From the NCBI GenBank assembly GCA_973895155.1, contig OZ316897.1:20587224-20651223 (forward strand): a stretch of 64,000 nucleotides of DNA, written 5' to 3'. This DNA is from Marsupella aquatica (Eukaryota > Plantae > Marchantiophyta). Below the pieces are notes generated by a model. The model worked only from the letters and a program-made list of their open reading frames with translations, was not told the DNA's origin and searched no databases. Below are positions 51,901-64,000 of this stretch, piece by piece (position 1 is the first letter of the stretch; each line of letters begins with the position of its first letter). The position numbers and the translations under genes are program-made.

Positions 51901-52152
51901 TGGAGTTGTATGGAACCCTTAGTATAGTCAATTATACTCAACTCTGCAATTTTCTTACAGTAGGTGACCTCCACATCGCCATTTTTGTGAACCTCTTACT
52001 ACAGCATTCCATCCGGTTTGTAGTGTGAGTTGGAACCCAAATTAGATACCACGTAGTTTCGTAGTGGCCCAAAATTCGCTGTGTGGAAGTCAACATAAAA
52101 CCGTTCTCAGCTAGCAGTGTTTTGTGGTACCCGGACTCAACCCTGGTTTGAA

Positions 52153-52282
52153 AATGGGTGGACAGTCGATATTGGGTTACAATTTCGTGTATAGAGTATC
52201 TGTAGGTGACCTTAGATTGGTTCCAATGGGTTACAATTTCACGTATAGAGTATCTGTAGGTGACCTTAGATTGGTTCCAATG
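52153..52282. repeat. 54-bp tandem duplication
   Basis: tgggttacaatttc..gtatagagtatctgtaggtgaccttagattggttccaa x2. Confidence 0.9.
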
Positions 52283-53330
52283 AGAATGCTCCTGGACAAA
52301 ATGTATGGTAGGCTGTAAGTTTTTTATACTACACGTGTATTTGCGTCCATTCTTTCAGACTGCTCCTTCCAATCCTTTGTTGGTTGCATGGCTTCAAGAT
52401 ATCCAGGTGAATACCGTTAAGAGTTCTCCATCTTAAAGCACGGATGCAATAAGTAAAGAGTCTGTTGGCACAATTGGCACCGTCGCAATAAGTAAAGAGT
52501 CTTTTGGCACACTTCGGCACCGTCTTCAGTAACACTTGGTGAAGGCTTTCGCTTTCACCTATGAACAGCATGTCAGTTGCTCTTGGTTTTGTGACCTGAC
52601 TCCCTAGGTCCAATGTTTGACCCAGGTACCCTGGGTCAGGCGTATAAGATTCCTTGTTTGGGACGTTCTAGCTACCTCGGCATTTGGGCAGCCTCTTGTC
52701 AACTCCTGATCCACAAACAAAAGAAAAGTTTTACTCTCATCAGCAAGGTAATATTTCCTTCAAGAATTTTAAGTTGAGGTAACAGAATCCCATGAAGGGC
52801 AAGGGACCGGAAGGTCAGGGGCCTGCCACCGCAGAGACAAACGCTTAGAGAGAAGATTCGTAGGTTATTGGCCTAGATATGGTTCCGAAGAGTGATCCCT
52901 TTCGGGACGTGTGGGCAAATTGACATACCATTCTGCATTATCAGCACATGAAACAAGTCCTTACTTTTCTAAGCTGATTTTATTCCTTTATACCGAACAG
53001 AACGTCCAGCTTGTAAATTAAAGCGTAAAGTTCGTGGTCGGCATTTGCTTCTAGAACCTAGCCAACCCTATAATCGTCCCTTCTCAGCGTGGAAAGCTCG
53101 AAAATCAATTCTGCTAAGGTCCTACATAACCCTTCTACCAGTCTCCCCCACTGCTCTCCTGTCTTGCCACCTACATGCCAAATGGTATCTTGTCATACAG
53201 ATCATAGGGGGCAGAGGTACAATCTGCAATGCCCATCACCTCCACGTCTACTCACGTCCACTCTGCCATCATCCGCTTTGGAGGATTCCGCAGGGCTTAT
53301 GCTCTAGATTCTCCAACGACACTGAACCCT

Positions 53331-55631
53331 CTACTCAGTGGCTACTTCGCCATCTTCATCAGCTTTGGAAAGCTCAGCAGCAGATTCTATGGCAAATGCC
53401 TTCAGTGACTCCAGGTCACGAGGACCTAGTCAACAGCAAGAAGCAAGCTTTAGCATCTTCGTACAAAATCTTCCTAAGAAATAGAAGAACTACTACTGCA
53501 AAATTCCTTTCTGTGCCACTGCTACTCGGCTTCTCATGATTTATGTTCTGTAAATTGACTCAAATTCTCCTAGAGAGTCGCGACAAAATTCACAACTCTC
53601 TTACGTCAAAGAAGTAGATCTACCAAGAGAACTGTAATGGCACTTCCGCAGCAATACACTTGAGAGGACAACAACATGTCTTTAAGCTACTTATCGAAGG
53701 ACTGGGACATACCTGAGTATTTCTTGATATCCTCGCCATTGTAGAAAATCTTCAATGTTGGATAGGAGCGAATGTCAACACTACTACAGGTCTTCTTCTG
53801 TAGAGTGCAATCCACAAGCCCAACCTCTACGCCGTCTTCACCCTCCAGAGATTTTCCGAGCTCTTCCCATGTAGGAGCCAATTTCTTGCTGCAAAACATT
53901 ACCACGTGAGAGGTTCTCTGAGGACTGCAAACGAGCCTGCGGCTTGTTTCGTCTTAGCCAAACGCCAACTTATCAACAATTCCAAACTACTGTGTTTGTG
54001 TATAACAGCGTTCACTGACACCCTTTACACCTCGCGACGCCATATCCTGAACAGATAGGACTTTAAAGAAAGAAACATAATGCCTACTCCAGGACTGTTG
54101 TTACAAAGGAGCAGAAGCAGGCACAGGACCTCTAAATTGGATTGATCTCAAATCCCTCGTATGTCACTGATTTTCCTACCTATTCTAGATTTGCAGAAAA
54201 AAGGAACTATGCCGTCTCAGAAAGGACCTGAAAGAAGGGACATACCAATGACCGCACCAAGGTGCAAAGAACTTGATAAACCACACTGTGTCTTGCTCCT
54301 TCACCTGCATGGAACCTTCAAGTAATCAAATACAATACATTGAACAATCACCGCATCTGCTACTAAACACTTATAGCTTCCTTGTCGAGAAAATCACGAG
54401 CCCGCTTCCACAATCCACAGAAGTGCACGTCTGTCCAAGTCATACTCGGTACCCACATCCCAAATTCTTGAGATTGTTACAAAATCGGCCAATTGTATCA
54501 TTCCCAGAACTGTTTAAGGTTCCATGAACGCTTCACCAATTACTGCAGGTCGTGCACGAGTGAATGCACTCGTTCAGTCTTCATTCCTATCGGCGACATA
54601 ATCAACATATTTCTGTCTTATTACACGTATTAGTGACTCTAAATCTACTCATCTGTACAGATTTGCCATTTTCCTTCCTTGTTACACTTCTTGCGGAATA
54701 TGACACCTCTTGCCCTTCTACGGGAATCCGGTCTTCCCCAAAAGATAAGCGGTCTAGTAACAGAAATTTGATGTACGAAAATTTTCTAGTTCCATGTTAA
54801 CTCTCTACACACCAGAACTACCAAAATCTGGAGGATGGTTTGTGAGACAAGTGAAAACGAGTGTCTTTGGCATCAACTAGGTTTGAGTCGGATGGTGAAT
54901 AAGGACGAAACAGCGTTGCTGTCCTACGAGCCCCAAGGGATCCCCACTCGAGAGGCTCATAAAACTATATGATTTCACTATTCTCTCTCGGAAACACAAC
55001 CGATCACATCGGTGAAATCGCCATCACGATGTCCTTTCAACAGGCAAACATGCTTACATCAGGTCCCCCAACCGAAACGGAAGCCCCCTAGACTCATTTT
55101 TTTGGTCTTTCGTGACCACTAATCACTGCACCACTGGATTCCCCGGATCTTCTCTGCACCGCCCGCTCGAGTCCCACCACTTACCGGTGGACCTAGACAG
55201 AATTCTCCCTACCCCTTTCGGAAAGACCGTCCTGCTGACAACAAAACTTGAAGAGTAGGAAACGAAACAAGGTACTGGGAGGGTCAAATCCTCCAAGTCT
55301 GCCACCCTAAAGGACCCTCAACTTTAAAAAGTAGTCATGCATCCTAAATTCATGCCTCAATCCAAAATTTTCCTTCGCTCTGAGCAGGAGGAGAAGGTGA
55401 GAGCTCAGCCAAACCCCTCTCGGCCTACAGGACGTTGCACTGACCTCCTCCAGCAACAAGTCCTCCTGCAGCGAGTGAGGCAGTAGAGAGAAGATGGAGA
55501 AGATGGAGAAGATGTGAACCAACCTTATCAGTGAAAGTCGTATCGGTGAGAGAGACGACATCCGCACTCACGGTGGCCGCAAGCAGTGTCACCAGGAAGA
55601 GCGGCACCAAACGGGTAGCCATGGAAGTCAT
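53331..55631 (-). CDS. Single-thioredoxin-domain protein disulfide isomerase-like protein (PDIL5-1-like); exons 55631-55524, 54304-54246, 53888-53713, 53425-53331
   Basis: Signal peptide (LVPLFLVTLLAATVSA-DVVSLTD), WFIKFFAPWCGHC across a splice junction, then KKLAPTWEELG...VDCT...IRSYPTLK...YSGPRDLESLK. Confidence 0.9.
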
Positions 55632-56049
55632 TCCTTCCTAGTCCGCCTCCTCTCCCAATTCGGCACGAAGCTGAGAGAGAGATCTCTACTACTGTACCAC
55701 AGTATGCTCGACGATCTTAATCACAGTCTCCGCTCTTCACGAGAAACTGAGAAAGCCTGAAGTCTCGTTTCTTCGGACGGCTTTAGAACTCTTCACAGAC
55801 TACTGTAGTGAGAATCGCTTCCTCAGCTCCCTCACACCGAATTCAGATTCCACCATCGCCCAATGCTCTCGAAAGGTACAGTAGTAGTGCTGTGAGCAAA
55901 CGCGTGGCGAAAAGGTTTTGCCCCAAAACGCTTTTTTCCTTGCCCAACTTCCCAAGTTACATTATGCAAAGATTAAAAAAAAAAAAAGAGTATAGATTCG
56001 ATTAATTTTTTTCAATTCTATTTAAGTTCAAGGAACCGGTAGTCAGGTT

Positions 56050-56840
56050 AGTTCTTTTTTTATAAATGGGGGAATTTCTCTAAGCCCCTGCAAGTAACAT
56101 TTTAGTAATATTGTCTGTTTTTTCCTAGCCCAAGTTACAAGTCACTTTTTTAATAGAAGGGGGAATATATAGCTCTAAGCCCTGCAAGTAACATTTTAGG
56201 AATATTGTCTGTATTTTCCTAGCCCAAGTTACAAGTCACATTTTTTTTAATAGAGGGGGAATTGCTCTAAGCCTTCCCAAGTAGCAATTTATAAATATTG
56301 TCTGTTTTCTCCTTGCCCAAGTTCCAAGTCACATTTTTCTTCATGAATGGGGGAATTGCTCTCTAAGCCCCACATTTAACATTTCAGGAAATTTTTTCCT
56401 TGCCCAAGTTCCAAGTGTTAGGAATTAGAGTTTTCGGCTTCTAGTTAGTTTGACCTTACTAGGGTTAGAGTACCCTGGATTACATTAATATAATATCTGC
56501 TTAGTTTAGGCTCACACATCTCGGCCCTCTTGGGAGGTATGGTTGGAGGGAGAGCATTTGTTCCCTCATTCTTCCCATGTATTTTCTCATTAACTATGGA
56601 TACTTCAGGAGTTTCTCCATAGTGATATTTTGTTGGTGTAGTATGAGATTGAGTACTCTCATGTTCCACATTGTTGTCTAGTTTGGATCATGACATTACA
56701 CCAAGTCACATTTTTTTTAATAAATGGGGGAATTTAAACCCCCCAATTAACATTTTGGAAACATTGTTTTCTTGTTTCCTTGCCCAGGTTAAGTTTTTTG
56801 TAATATAGGGGGAAGTTGCTCCTAGCACCCCAAGTATTAT
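56050..56840. repeat. ~95-105-bp degenerate tandem repeat (4 copies, then 1-2 more after an insertion)
   Basis: gggggaatt..tctaagccc...caagtaacatttt...aatattgtctg...tcct.gcccaagtt.caagtcaca repeated. Confidence 0.8.
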
Positions 56841-57955
56841 TTTAGGAATATCATGCCAGGGCAAAGCTTGCTCTCAAGGCCCAGTGAAATTTGAAAGGTG
56901 GGATGGATTGTGACACACAACATCAACAAAATTCTCCTATAGCACTCTTTAGAGTTTTGATTGAAATATGGTCTATAAATGGGCTCCTGACCCTTGCAAC
57001 CGGTTTCAATTAGTTTATGCCATCGTGAGTGAGTCATTGCTCCTGCACAAAATACTCAGGGTATCCTTCACAAATGTAATTATGTAATTAAGCCCAGATG
57101 CATTTTGTATCAAAAGCTTTTTTTAATACTTCAGGAAAGGTCAAAATCTATCTACGTAATTAAGATCAGAAGCTATGGTCAGGCTACTGTCAAGAGTAAA
57201 GTCTCCAGACCCTGACTTTGGGGCTGTAAGTGAGCTTGGGGGTGCAAGTGGAAGATGAGGATTTCAAGGCAAGGTGAGTCTTTGTAAATGTCCCAACAAG
57301 CTTGAATATTTTTGCCTCTATTTACATTCAAAAGAAATCCAAAGAAAACAGTGTTGTGAGGACACACTAACCAAAATCTTGCCCCAAAAACTTTTTCCCT
57401 GCCCAAGTTCCATTTTCCTTCCTTCAAGTAAAGGGGAAAAATTGGTGTGGTAGAATTTTAGACAATAAAAATTATGGTCTCTAATATTGTATTTTTTGTA
57501 TCAAAATCTTTTTCTGAATACGCACAACGGGCCAAAATCTGTTCAATAAACTAAGCAAGCTCAAATTAAAACTAGGGTTAGGGTTTGCGGTCTAGAGTGA
57601 AGCCTCTACACCCTGACTGTTGGGCACAACTACAATTGGGAAAGGAAGTGGAAATAGGCATCATTTGTATGTGAACAAAGTTCAAGCATTTAGACTAGTC
57701 AATTAAACCTCCACTGTCCCCTGGCCAAGCATTATCTGGTGGATCCAGGTTACCATAATGAATCAAAAAATGGTTTCAACAAAGTTCTACCAGCAGACTA
57801 TTTTGTCCTTTCACAGCTTGGAAGATAGTCACAGTACAAAGCCTTGGGCTTTGTCCAAAATTGTAACAATGTTGATTCATGCGCATAGAAAAACACTACA
57901 AGGTTTTAATAATAAATCCATTTTCCACACAAGCACTCCAAGTTTTTAGAAATGG

Positions 57956-58299
57956 TGTTGAGAATAGACGACATTCGCAACGACAAGCCCATGAACCATC
58001 CAACGCAGAATAGTCGACACAGAGAGATACGTGGTTCACCTCCACATGAGGCTACGTCCACGGGAACACACAAGAGCTTTACTGCACTCTAGGCCGACCG
58101 GCCATACCAAGCATCCACAGCACAAGCTCTTCCTATCTCTCAACTAGCTCCGTAACAATGAGCCTATGTTCCACCAGGGTCTGGCATCAGCCCTGGCTAT
58201 ATGCACAATAGCACTACCGCTAACCTTAGCTAGGTCCTAACCCGAGTTAGCCTAACTGTGGTTAGCACAAGAGTTACAAGACTAGAGCAATATCTAACA
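57956..58299. mobile_element. Solo LTR (344 bp, Copia-like)
   Basis: tgttgag...ctaaca termini with TSD AATGG at 57951-57955 and 58300-58304; internal tacgtggttcac...ctacgtccacggg. Confidence 0.82.
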
Positions 58300-59855
58300 A
58301 ATGGTCCAAACTTTTAGTTTATATCTAATATACTTTAATAATCTTGTTCAAACTTTGAATAACTACTTATTTTTGTGCACAAACACTCCAAACTTTTGAT
58401 ATCTATTGTACTAGTCCAATGCTTGTGCCTTACATAGAAGATGTCAAGGTGAAAAAAAGATGTTGAAGAGAGAAAAAGTTGTTGAGGTGAGAAAACTATG
58501 TTGAGGAGAGGAAGATATGTCATATGTTGAGTTAAAAAATGCATGTTATCAACCAGATTGTTGTTAGCGACGCAATTGGATAGAAAAAAATTAGGGGTCA
58601 TGTAAGGAAAAGTTTTGCTTGTGCAAGTAATTTTTTTACTGTTTACTCGCACGCTACAATGACCTCTCCTCTATCATGGGCCAGCACAGAGGGCAAGTCA
58701 AGGAGTACGTACCAGGTCTGGGCGAGGAGGAGTACCCTGGTGTAGGCAAGGAGCAAGTACACGTACTCGCCTTGATGAGTGAGTACAGTCTGTCATGGCA
58801 TAATGACAGGAAAAGGGGGCTACTACAATCCTCCATGGTGAGGTGGCAAGGGCCTGGCTAGTACTGTCCTCCATGAGCTGTGGCAGGAGGAGGTGTACTC
58901 TGGCTAGTATAGTCCTCTATGACCAGTGGCCGGAGAAGAGGACTTGTCATCCTAATGGGCCATTGCATGAGGACAGTACTTTCCTTGGCATGAGGAATCT
59001 AATGGCAAGCCTGCCTTCTTGTCATTTCGTAAGCAGACTAATCTTACAAAAGAGAAGGATCCCATATGATAGGAGGTTGATTAATTTCTTGCCCACAGGC
59101 ACTCCAAACATTTAAATAATTTGTCCAAAATTCTAATAAGAACTCCAAACATGTTACAATTTTGTCCGAATAGTAGTAAGCACTCTTGAGTGGATAGAAT
59201 GGGCCATGTAGGTCAAACTTTGGTGATCAGAAGTTTTTGAAAAGGATGTCCACAAGTGAAGGTGTAACAGGTGTCACGGTCCATGAGAGGATACATGATA
59301 GTGTGCTTGGTCCATGGGAGCATCATTTCCCACTCAAAACACTATAATTTTGCCCCAATATGTAACAAAAAAACTCCAAAACTCTCACAACGTTTGTCCA
59401 ACACTTTTATTATATAGTTATTTTTTGGGCCAACTTGATGGCACTAAGGTAGTACAGTCTACTGTGCATAAGTGCACCATGTATAAGTGCATTATGTGGG
59501 TAACTGTGGCTGAATGTGTAGTCCCTTAATATTACAGTGCTTCCCTTTGTAAATGCACCAAAAATGGCACCATCTGTAAGTGCAGGTACGCGTCACCAAA
59601 CAATAAATACATAAGTGCATTCCGTATATAAGAGACAGTTTACATGCATTTATCAATTACTGCAACATACATGCTAGAAGAGTTTATTGATAAGTGCAAT
59701 GGATAGTTATTTACAACAGTTTCATGCAGTTTTCTGGTTGAATTGTGCAATATAAGGGTTCAGGGTTATGAGGAGTCCCACATATCTGACCCAACAACTC
59801 CTGTAAGGATTTGCATTAGCAATCTTAAATGCCCTCATTGGATAGTGCAGCAGGC

Positions 59856-60440
59856 ACATATGGAGAAATGCATTAATGATATTCCATGCACTTATGACAT
59901 AGTGCATAACATGGATAACTGCACGCTTGGAGGTTGTCTCAAGAGCATACACTTAAACTACATATGGAGAAGTGCATTAATGATATTCCATGCACTTATG
60001 ACATAGTGCATAACATGGATAACTGCATGCTTGGAGGTCGTCTCAAGAGCATACACTTAAATGACATATGGAGAAGTGCATTAATGATATTCCATGCACT
60101 TATAATATAGTGCATAACATGGATAATTGCACGCTTGTAGTGTCTCCAAGAGTATACACTCAGACACAGAGCATACACTACGCCCAGGACTGTTGTGGTT
60201 CTGGACACAATCATGACTGGTCGGGCACCAATTGTGAGACCCAACCAGTCACACCCTGACTCTGAGGCCCTATGTCTTCCCAAGAGCAACAAGGTGAACT
60301 TTTACTAGGGCGTCTCAAATGCATCCATTTTTCTGCTTTGACTGCACCCAGGACCGTTATGGTTCAGGACAACAATCATGACTGGTCGGGCACCAATTGT
60401 AAGACCCAACCAGTCACACCCTAACTCTGAGGCCCTATCT
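59856..60440. repeat. Tandem ~104-bp repeat x3 (59856-60160) and ~90-bp direct duplication (60183-60272 / 60347-60438)
   Basis: catatggagaa.tgcattaatgatattccatgcacttat.a.atagtgcataacatggataa x3; caatcatgactggtcgggcaccaattgt.agacccaaccagtcacaccct x2. Confidence 0.85.
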
Positions 60441-60632
60441 AGTATATAAGAACCACAATAAGATTGCAACCCCACTCATTCTTCAGCACCCTAAAAAATG
60501 TATGGTGACCCCACTCATTTTCAGTACCGGAACAAATAATAATTGCCCACTTGTACCTTGTTGAGGTACTCCGGAGTGCTACCCGGGCCGCGTCAATTGT
60601 TTTTATACATATATGAGACGCACCACTCTAAA

Positions 60633-60718
60633 TGGGGACACGGTAGATTGCACTGTAAATGCGGGGCACGGCAGAATGCACTGTAAATGCGGGGCACGGC
60701 AGAATGCACTGTAAATGT
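60633..60718. repeat. 28-bp tandem repeat x3 upstream of the desaturase
   Basis: gggg.cacgg.aga.tgcactgtaaatg x3. Confidence 0.85.
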
Positions 60719-61550
60719 GGCTCGCTCTGTCGAGTCGCGTACTGAGCAGTGAGCAGTGAGGCGTGAGCAGTCGTCCAGCAATCCCGCAGAGTAATTTCAG
60801 CCGCCCCTTTCAAGATTCAGTACGTCGCCCAATGCCCACGACGAATTCCTCACACGCCTCTCAGCGATCGGTCGCAGCTGCAGCAGCTCCATCTCCATGC
60901 GAGAAGAAATTGCGCTTTTTCGAGCTCCCGTTGCCGTCCAAGCTCTTGGAGGTGAGCGAGCTTGCACAGTGTATAGTTATGATGCTGTTGCTCTCCTCAC
61001 TCCCTCACAAGACTGAAAGCCTCGACCGGGCCCTCACGCTTCGCTTCCATTGTGTTCCCGCTTGATTAGATTGTGTGGCTTGGTGGTCCCGATCTCTCTT
61101 ATTAAGCTAGCTGAAGGAAGCTGACTGAGCCTTTTCCTTCATGACTCAGCAGCAGAGCAACGGAGAAGGCACCGACAGCTGACTTCATTCTGCATTTTGA
61201 AGGTTTCTTTCACTCGAGTGGCAGCAGTAGCTCAGCACCGACTAGCGACTTGGAGTCACTTGTTTTAGTAGATCCCATTGCTACACGTCGGGCCAGTTAC
61301 AAGAGCGCCATTGAGCTTGAGAGAAGAGTTGGATTTGTGTTCTTCGTTCGGTCTCATCACTCGCCTCCCGAGGGGCTGCCGTAGAGCTGCGAGTGAGGAA
61401 CAGGAAGAGGAAGAACTTGGTGATGCGCATTGTGTCGGAAGTGTGCCGGATTGGAATCTTGGGAAGGCCCTTAATGATATAACGCATTGAGCGCCGCTCC
61501 TTGTTCCTCTCGGGAACGACATTGATCGGTCGATCATCGATCTGGCAAGA

Positions 61551-63026
61551 ATGGCACCAGCTACTACGACGACGACGACAACGATGTCGCAGGGCGTGTG
61601 GTCGAAATGGAGCTACAAGGCGACGAATGTGGGTCGGACGATGAGCCGGGAAAAGCAGCGAAACTCGACTGATAAGCAGCAGGCGGAGGCGGGGGTGTTA
61701 TCGAACAATACAGCAGAAAGCCAGCTGAGATCAAGAGCGGGAAATGATCTCAATGACCGCTCTTCCAGTGGATGCCGTCTCTGGACTGCGCAAGAGGTTG
61801 CGCAGCACAAAACGGCCGACGACTGCTGGATTATAATCAATGACAAGGTTTACGATGTGACGGAGTTTGCAAAGACTCATCCAGGTGGGCCTGTGATTTT
61901 CACCCAAGGGGGACGTGATGGGACGGACTACTTCCGTAACTTCCATTCGGCCAAGGCTTGGACATATCTGCCGGAATGTCACATCGGCGATCTGAAAGTT
62001 GCGGAGCCGGTGACAGAGGTTGTGAGCGAGTACAGAGAAATGAGGAGAGGGCTCGTGAAAGCCCAGCAATTCAAATGTAGCACAATTTATTATACGTACA
62101 AGAGCTTGGGGAATTTCGCGATTCTGGCGGCCAGTTTGGGGATCATTAGTATGTCACATAGGTTTCCTGCGGTTCTTTGCTCTGCCTTCTTGCTGGGGCT
62201 GTTCTGGCAGCAATGTGGGTGGCTGGGGCATGATATCCTCCACAATCAGGTGTCAGAGAACCGTTTGCTGAACACCGTAATGGGTGGGCTTTTCTGGGGA
62301 AATCTTATGCAGGGATACAGCGTGGGATGGTGGAAAACCAAACACAACGTGCATCACGCGGCTACGAATGAATGTGATGAGAAGTTTAACCCCATTGATC
62401 CAGACATTGATACAGTGCCTCTTCTTGCCTGGAGCAAAGACATTCTTGCCACGGTGGATAACGAATTTTTCAGGTCTATCATCAAAGTGCAGCACATCTT
62501 GTTCTTCCCTCTCCTCTTCTTTGCCAGATTCAGCTGGCTCCATTCGAGCTGGGAGCATGCCACGCATTTTGATATGTCCAAGGGTATGAGATTCCTGGAA
62601 AGGAGTTCTCTGGTGGCTCATTATGTAGCCTTCTTTAGCGCTGCGTTCTGGTTCCTGCCAACAGGTATGGCGCTCAGCTGGCTGTTTCTATCCCAATTGT
62701 TTTGTGGGGGCCTTCTCAGCATTGTGTTTGTTCTCAGCCACAACGGAATGGATGTGTACAACGACCCCAGAGATTTCGTCACGGCTCAAGTGACCTCCAC
62801 TCGAAACATTGAGGGTAACTTCTTCAATGACTGGTTCACTGGCGGCCTTAACAGGCAGATCGAGCATCATCTCTTTCCTAGTCTTCCGAGGCATAATCTG
62901 AAGAAGGTTGCGCCCCACGTGAAAGAATTATGCCAGAAGCATGGAATACATTACGAGGAGCTCAGTTTATGGAGAGGAATTTGCTGTGTCTACGAACGGC
63001 TGGTAGAGGTAGCGCATGCCGTCTGA
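61551..63026 (+). CDS. Front-end (delta-6-type) fatty acid desaturase with N-terminal cytochrome b5, intronless, 491 aa
   Basis: b5 motif DCWIII.DKVYDV..F...HPGG and His boxes HDILH, HNVHH, QIEHHLFP. The N-terminus (TTT...GVWSKW) resembles my recollection of the Marchantia delta-6 desaturase. Confidence 0.93.
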   Translation: MAPATTTTTTTMSQGVWSKWSYKATNVGRTMSREKQRNSTDKQQAEAGVLSNNTAESQLRSRAGNDLNDRSSSGCRLWTAQEVAQHKTADDCWIIINDKVYDVTEFAKTHPGGPVIFTQGGRDGTDYFRNFHSAKAWTYLPECHIGDLKVAEPVTEVVSEYREMRRGLVKAQQFKCSTIYYTYKSLGNFAILAASLGIISMSHRFPAVLCSAFLLGLFWQQCGWLGHDILHNQVSENRLLNTVMGGLFWGNLMQGYSVGWWKTKHNVHHAATNECDEKFNPIDPDIDTVPLLAWSKDILATVDNEFFRSIIKVQHILFFPLLFFARFSWLHSSWEHATHFDMSKGMRFLERSSLVAHYVAFFSAAFWFLPTGMALSWLFLSQLFCGGLLSIVFVLSHNGMDVYNDPRDFVTAQVTSTRNIEGNFFNDWFTGGLNRQIEHHLFPSLPRHNLKKVAPHVKELCQKHGIHYEELSLWRGICCVYERLVEVAHAV

Positions 63027-63496
63027 GAGAAATTCGGCAAATCAACAGATGATATCGTGACTCTTTTATCGTGCAATATGCGAGCTCCTCGTTTACTGTC
63101 TTTGAAGTGCAGAGACACACATGGAGGGTTTTTCCCATCACGTTTTCCTTTGTATCACTAGTCCACATTTCTCCTCTCATTAAATAGATCACAAGTCCAG
63201 GACATTGATTTTTTCTTCTGAGCTGATTCGTCGGAAGCAAAGGTTTAGCTTTGACACTCGGGGATCCCTCATTTCGGCGGATATTGTTAGATTTGGTGGA
63301 TTGGAAGATCCATCGTAATTCAAGTGGAATGTTATTATGGAGGCACCCATCAGATTCGTCACTGGATTGACACGGCTGCTCGACCCATCCATTGTCTCTC
63401 TTCTTGAAATTATATCTAGAGTCAATTCTTGGCGGCTTTTGTCAACTATTTCCGCCCTCCTGTATTTCGAGCAGATATTGTCGAACTGTGTGCCCA

Positions 63497-63565
63497 CTCA
63501 CGTCGTGGTCATAAATTCCACTCTCGTCGTGGTCATAAATTCCACTCTCGTCGTGGTCATAAATT
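63497..63565. repeat. 24-bp tandem repeat x3
   Basis: c.cgtcgtggtcataaattccact x3. Confidence 0.9.
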
Positions 63566-64000
63566 AGACGTCGACACTTTTTTTTCCTGCAACACCATGT
63601 CTCTCTGTTCTCCTTGCAATTTTGTTGCAGACCCTTCTTAACCGGCGTTTAAAATCCTTCCTGGTTGCAGTCTTACGGTACATGTCTGACTTCTGGGCAA
63701 TCCCAATCCAGAACCGACTGCGGTAATCAATGTGCTAGAAAACTGTGAGGGGCCGGGTCTGATTAATGAGCTTGGTGTTCTCCGCTATGTTCCTCGTTCT
63801 TAAGGTATGCCGAATCCAACCTGTTCATTGAATTATTCACAGCCCGTCTCGACGTCTCTGCAACTAACTCTTCAGTCTTCTCATCGGTGAGCTGTTGGTT
63901 TTGGAGTAGTCCATCAATTTTGTAGTTCAGCTGCAGTTCACCTTTTCTAGCTGCGTGGTATATCTCCCTTTTCTATATTTGGGAGCGATCTTATGGGTAG

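Noticed and set aside
61278-61490. Possible uORF upstream of the desaturase
   Set aside because: Starts at TTG, and there is no evidence of conservation from sequence alone.

Overview
Intron-containing land-plant genomic DNA, most likely a liverwort (inferred from the Marchantia-like front-end desaturase and the gene content). Host genes: an NPF/PTR transporter (running off the left edge), a SINE1/2-like ARM-repeat KASH protein ending in LVPT, a helical N-terminal-domain protein lying head-to-head with a ~1530-aa TPR-like/CHAT (caspase-family) protease, a single-domain PDI-like thioredoxin, and an intronless cytochrome-b5-fused delta-6-type desaturase. The most striking feature is a ~14.9-kb DNA transposon (19246-34190) bounded by 26-bp perfect terminal inverted repeats (TIRs) and a CCAG target-site duplication (TSD). 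It encodes a Sola-like DDD transposase preceded by three CACTA-type accessory repeats. Divergently it encodes a large ParB/Srx-like plus amino-DNA-methyltransferase-like protein followed by an FCP1-type HAD phosphatase, and it carries ~40 copies of a 25-bp palindrome. All element genes have stops or frameshifts. Also present are three TSD-flanked solo LTRs, a Copia LTR/PBS/gag remnant, a CHAT-gene relic and several tandem arrays. All domain calls are from motif recognition by eye; no database searches were run.
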